From Mycolicibacterium smegmatis (GTDB lineage: Bacteria > Actinomycetota > Actinomycetes > Mycobacteriales > Mycobacteriaceae): a DNA stretch of 32,000 nucleotides. Positions 28,264-32,000 of this stretch are shown one piece after another. The notes under the pieces were generated by a model, which saw only the letters and a list, made by a program, of their open reading frames with translations, was not told the origin of the DNA and searched no databases. Each line of letters opens with the position of its first letter. Positions within the stretch are counted from its first letter, which is position 1. The position numbers and the translations under genes were made by a program. The stretch covers positions 2,790,001 to 2,822,000 of the forward strand of contig NZ_LN831039.1 of the NCBI RefSeq assembly GCF_001457595.1. The letters run 5' to 3'.

Positions 28264-29718
28264 GGCGGATTCAACTGATCGTCGCAACACCTCGATTATG
28301 GAGGTGTGGAATGGGTGTGTTGGATCGGCAGCGGGCGGTTCGGTTGTATCGGGGACAGATTCCGTCTCCGGGTCGGCCGTCGGTGGCGTGGCGTCAGGAT
28401 CGGGTGAGGTTCTGGGCGGCGATCGCTGCGGGGGCTATGACTGAGGACGCCGCTGCCGAAGCGGGCGTGTCGTCGCCGGTTGGGTTCCGCTGGTTCCGTC
28501 ACGCTGGTGGAGTGAATCCATGCTTGCCAGAAACAGTTTCGGGACGTTACCTGTCCTCGGATGAACGTGAGAACATCGCGTTGTGGCGCGCCCAGGGCGC
28601 CGGGGTGCGTGAGATCGCCCGGCGGCTCAAGCGTGCACCGTCGACCATCTCACGGGAGTTGCGCCGCAATGCCTCGACCCGCACCTATCGACTCGACTAT
28701 AAGGCCTCCACTGCGCAGTGGCACGCCGAGCGGCGCGCCCGCCGCCCCAAGACCGCCAAGCTCGTTAGCAACGACCGGCTGCGTCAGTACGTCCAGGACA
28801 AACTGTCCGGCGTCGTTCGCGGCGCTGATGGCCAGGTCATCGTCGGTCCCGCCGCCGCCCCGTGGAAGGGACGCAACAAGCCGCACCGGGGTGATCGGGC
28901 CTGGGTGCAGGCATGGAGTCCAGAACAGATCGCTCGACGGCTCCCGCTGGACTTCCCCGATGATGTGACTATGCGGATCAGCCACGAGGCCATCTATCAA
29001 GCGCTGTACGTCGAATCTCGCGGTGCGCTGAAGCGGGATCTGGTCAGCTGCCTGCGCCGAGGCCGGGCACTGCGGGTACCGCGGGCACGAACGCGGTCCA
29101 AGGCGTGGGCCCATGTCACCCCTGAGACGTTGATCAGCCAACGCCCACCCGAGGTCGATGATCGCGCTGTTCCCGGACATTGGGAGGGTGATCTCCTGAT
29201 TGGCTTGCAGCGCAGTGCAATCGGCACGCTGGTCGAGCGCAGCAGCCGGTTCACCATGCTGGTCCATCTGCCACGTGAAGTTGGTTACGGGATAATTCCG
29301 CGGACCAAGAACGGGCCGGCGTTGGCCGGCTATGGCGCCATCACGATGGCCAACGCTCTGGAACAGACGATCACCACGTTGCCCGCGCAACTGCGTCGGT
29401 CGTTGACCTGGGACCGGGGCAAGGAACTGTCGGCGCACGCCCAGTTCTCGGTCGCCTCCGGAGTCAAGGTGTTCTTCGCTGATCCGAAGAGTCCGTGGCA
29501 GCGCGGTACCAATGAGAACACCAATGGCCTGTTACGCCAATACTTTCCAAAAGGGACCGACCTCTCAAGATGGTCGGCCGAGGACGTGGCAGCGATCGCC
29601 CATACCCTCAACACCAGGCCGCGGAAAACCCTCGGCTGGCGCACTCCCGCGGAAGCCTTCGCCGAACACCTACACTCACTTCATCAAGCCGGTGTTGCGA
29701 CCACCGATTGAATCCGCC
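28264..29718 (+). mobile_element. IS30-family insertion sequence, 1455 bp, apparently intact
   Basis: Inverted repeats of about 28 bp, 24 of 28 identical (GGCGGATTCAA...GTCGCAACACC at 28264..28291; reverse complement at 29691..29718). A 3-bp direct repeat TTG flanks it at 28261..28263 and 29719..29721. The transposase stop lies inside the right inverted repeat. Confidence 0.85.
28311..29711 (+). CDS. IS30-family DDE transposase
   Basis: Track ORF, 466 aa, with a GGAGG Shine-Dalgarno upstream. HTH region (REIARRLKRAPSTISRELRRN) and DDE core (GHWEGDLLIG...LTWDRGKELS...NENTNGLLRQYFPKGTDL). Confidence 0.9.
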   Translation: MGVLDRQRAVRLYRGQIPSPGRPSVAWRQDRVRFWAAIAAGAMTEDAAAEAGVSSPVGFRWFRHAGGVNPCLPETVSGRYLSSDERENIALWRAQGAGVREIARRLKRAPSTISRELRRNASTRTYRLDYKASTAQWHAERRARRPKTAKLVSNDRLRQYVQDKLSGVVRGADGQVIVGPAAAPWKGRNKPHRGDRAWVQAWSPEQIARRLPLDFPDDVTMRISHEAIYQALYVESRGALKRDLVSCLRRGRALRVPRARTRSKAWAHVTPETLISQRPPEVDDRAVPGHWEGDLLIGLQRSAIGTLVERSSRFTMLVHLPREVGYGIIPRTKNGPALAGYGAITMANALEQTITTLPAQLRRSLTWDRGKELSAHAQFSVASGVKVFFADPKSPWQRGTNENTNGLLRQYFPKGTDLSRWSAEDVAAIAHTLNTRPRKTLGWRTPAEAFAEHLHSLHQAGVATTD

Positions 29719-30366
29719 TTGCGAGCCCGCGTCGCTGTGGTGGATAAGTGAATCCAAAGATGCTGCACCCGAACGCTTTCTGGTGTCGATAGCGTGGTCG
29801 ATCGCATCGGTCACCAGCTTCTGGGTCATCTCGGTAGCCACCTTCCAACCCACGATCTTGCGGGCATAGACATCGGTGACGAACGCCGTGTAGGCCCAGC
29901 CGGCACGAGTCCGGCAGTAGGTGAAATCGGCCACCCACAATCGGTCAGGCGCACCGGCGACGAAATTACGCCGGACCCGATCCGGGGCTCGCGTCGCTGC
30001 CGGATCGGCGACGGTGGTGCGCACCCGCCGGCGCTTGCACGCACCCCGCCAACCCATCTCCCGCATGACCCGTTCCACGACACAGCGCGATACGTCGATA
30101 CCATTGGTGCGCAATACAATCCATGTCTTACGAGCGCCCAGGACTCGGTACAGACTCTGCGATTGGCGAAGCTGCCAGATCGCATCGATCACCTGCGCAT
30201 CGGCCCAGTCGGCTTTCGAGGGGCCCTGACGGGCGCGGTGGGCGTAATACGTCGACGGGGCGATCGTGACGCCGTACTCGGAAAGCACAGCGCACATCGA
30301 CTCGACACCCCACTTGAGACCATCAACGCCCACCCGCATGTGCTGGTGGGCGCTGATGAACTCCAC
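29719..30366 (-). pseudogene. IS3 transposase OrfB, N-terminal fragment
   Basis: Part of track ORF 29608..30366. The native sequence runs to ...LIHHSDAGSQ (second catalytic Asp region), then reads into the IS30 end. The frame stays open upstream of 30366 into the orfA overlap. Confidence 0.8.
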
Positions 30367-30368
30367 GA

Positions 30369-30695
30369 CTACTGAGAGGGCCGGTCGAGCTCGGCGGCGA
30401 AGAAAACCGAGGCCGCCTTCAAGATCGCGTTGGCCCGCTTGAGTTCGGCATTCTCCCGGCGCAGCTTGCGCAGGACCTCGGATTCCTCGCTGGTCTGCCC
30501 CGCCCGAGAGCCGGCGTCGATCTCAGCCTGGCGGACCCATTTGCGCACCGTTTCGGCAGTACCGACGCCCAGCAGGTCAGCAACCCGGCCCATCGCCTCC
30601 CACTCCGAAACTGTCTCGCTGCGCAGATCGGCCACCATCTGCACCGCCCGCACCTTCAGCTCGTCTGGATACCGCCTCGATGACTTCGATCCCAC
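30369..30695 (-). CDS. IS3-family transposase OrfA (HTH, leucine-zipper region)
   Basis: Track ORF, 108 aa: [15 protein letters not shown]...[12 protein letters not shown]...[28 protein letters not shown]. OrfB is in the -1 frame relative to it. Confidence 0.85.
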   Translation of the reverse strand: MGSKSSRRYPDELKVRAVQMVADLRSETVSEWEAMGRVADLLGVGTAETVRKWVRQAEIDAGSRAGQTSEESEVLRKLRRENAELKRANAILKAASVFFAAELDRPSQ

Positions 30696-30746
30696 GTGCC
30701 CATCCTTCCCAACGGAAGAACTCTCCAGACACGCCGGGGCGGATCA

Positions 30747-31963
30747 CGAACGAGCAGCACCATCAAACTGGCGACAAGGTTGGTCACGGGACGACGCACG
30801 ATGCGAATGCCGGATCTGCGCCAGAACCGCGCGGTGATCTCGCGTCGTGGTGAGACCCAGCCACGACGTCCGGCCAGCACGATGATGGCGGGCAGCAAGG
30901 TCACCGCGGCCAGGAACGCCACCCCGATGGCGATCGCCAACGCGGGGCCGATGGTCGCGAACAACTCCAAGCTCGCGAACGTCATCCCGAGAAACGTGAC
31001 GCCCACCGTCGCTGCAGATGCCGCGATGACCTTGCCGATCGAACTCAACGCGCTCTTGACCGCTTGATCCGAATCCGCGCCGAGCCGAAGGAAATCGTGG
31101 TAGCGGCTGATGAGAAAGACGGCGTAATCGGTCCCCGCGCCGGCCATCAACCCGCTGAGCAGCGTGATGGTCTGATTGGACACACCCAGACCCAATTGGG
31201 CGGCGCCGGCAACAGCGGCCTGCGCGACCCCCAGGGAGACACCGATCATCAGCACCGGCAGCAGGATCGTCGCGGGTTTCCGGTAGACGATCACCAGGAT
31301 GGTGAGCAGCAGAGCGACGATCGCGATTTCGATCTTGATCTGATCCCGCAGACCGACCTCGATGGAATCGGCGAGGGTGGCTGCCGGTCCGGTCAGGTGC
31401 GCGGTCAGCGTCGATCCCGCGACCGCGTGATCGACGATGTCGGCCACCCGCGTGTAGGCGGCATAGGACTCGGGCGAACCCACGTCACCTGAGAGGCCGA
31501 TCGGCAGCAGCCACGCCTTGCGGTCCTGGCTGCTGAGAGTCTCGCGCAGCTGCGGTGTTCCGAGGAACTCCTGCAACCACAGGACGTCCCGGCCGTCCTG
31601 GCGGAGTCGTCCGACCACCGTGCGGTAGACCTGCTCGTCGTCCGGTCCGAGTCCGTGCTCGTCGGTGAGGAGAACCAGCAGCACGTTCTCGGACCCGGCT
31701 TCGTGAAAGGCCGCGGTCATCTGTTGCGTCGCAACCATCGACGGGGCGCTGGCCGGGATCGGCGCGACGGGATGTTTCTGGGTCGCCTCCGCCAGGGTGG
31801 GGAACATGGGTGGCAGCGCCACCGCGAGCGCGATCCAGCAGCCGATGACGAGCCACGGCCACCGAACGACGACATCCCCGAGCCATCCGAAGACACCACC
31901 GGTTCCGGAGGGTTTCGTCGTGTGCGTCCGGGGTGACCCTGATGCCTCTGTCGGCCGGCGCAT
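30747..31963 (-). pseudogene. MMPL-family (RND) lipid transporter, 5' fragment truncated by an IS end
   Basis: Track ORF 30656..31963. The native sequence (about 405 codons) includes a TM1-periplasmic loop-TM2-6 region typical of MmpL. After ...[10 protein letters not shown] the frame reads into the IS3 inverted repeat. Full-length MmpL proteins are roughly twice this size. Confidence 0.8.
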
Positions 31964-32000
31964 CGGTGGTCCAGACCGTGCTCAGGTCGCAGTGGGATGC

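Larger units (their letters stand above)
27925..30746 (-). mobile_element. IS3-family insertion sequence (about 1364 bp of its own DNA), interrupted by an IS30-family element
   Basis: Terminal inverted repeats: TGATCCGCCCCGGCaTGTCgGGAG at 27925 onward, and the reverse complement of the right end, TGATCCGCCCCGGCgTGTCtGGAG, ending at 30746. It has orfA plus a split orfB in the -1 frame. It may be IS1137-like, but I cannot verify that. Confidence 0.85.

Noticed and set aside
30656-30746. The last 30 codons of the mmpL ORF, and likewise the read-through tails of the two IS3 orfB fragments (28264..28290 and 29608..29718)
   Set aside because: These residues are translated from IS terminal sequences after the breakpoint. 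They are junction artefacts, not native protein.

Overview
This is a high-GC actinobacterial chromosome, almost certainly a fast-growing Mycobacterium/Mycolicibacterium. That assignment is an inference: gene order and protein sequences look like the M. smegmatis counterpart of the M. tuberculosis Rv2763c-Rv2800 region. Left to right the backbone is: a partial membrane protein; enoyl-CoA hydratase; a translationally coupled DUF2277+DUF1802 pair; a CocE/NonD hydrolase; a DUF3558 (LppV-like) protein; the pptH-pptT-truB overlapping operon; mntR followed by an LLM monooxygenase and an SfnB/FadE-like flavoprotein; ribF; rpsO; lppU; pnp; pepR; a class A beta-lactamase (blaS-like); the divergent ald/aldR pair; a double-META lipoprotein; a small secreted protein; a DUF222-HNH (REP13E12-type) endonuclease; dapB plus three small conserved genes; a CitE-like lyase; dienelactone hydrolase; thyA; and dfrA. 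The right-hand 5 kb is an insertion-sequence scar. A fatty-acyl-AMP ligase gene and a convergent mmpL gene are both cut off at the two ends of one IS3-family element, and that element is itself split by an intact IS30-family element. I found no rRNA, tRNA or CRISPR. I do not see a convincing new multi-gene system such as a defence-island-like cluster; most of the window is conserved housekeeping synteny. The strongest sequence-supported observations are: (1) a composite DNA-damage promoter on the HNH gene, with a perfect RecA-NDp/PafBC-type motif, an overlapping perfect LexA box and a leaderless ATG; (2) the IS-bounded double truncation, which implies an IS-mediated deletion of a lipid locus; (3) a perfect 20-bp palindrome over the leaderless promoter of the CocE hydrolase; (4) a 156-nt adenine-free, six-frame-open tract encoding a duplicated tail of the HNH protein; (5) several small repeats and hairpins. 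Many long ORFs in the track are antisense artefacts of high GC content and were discarded.
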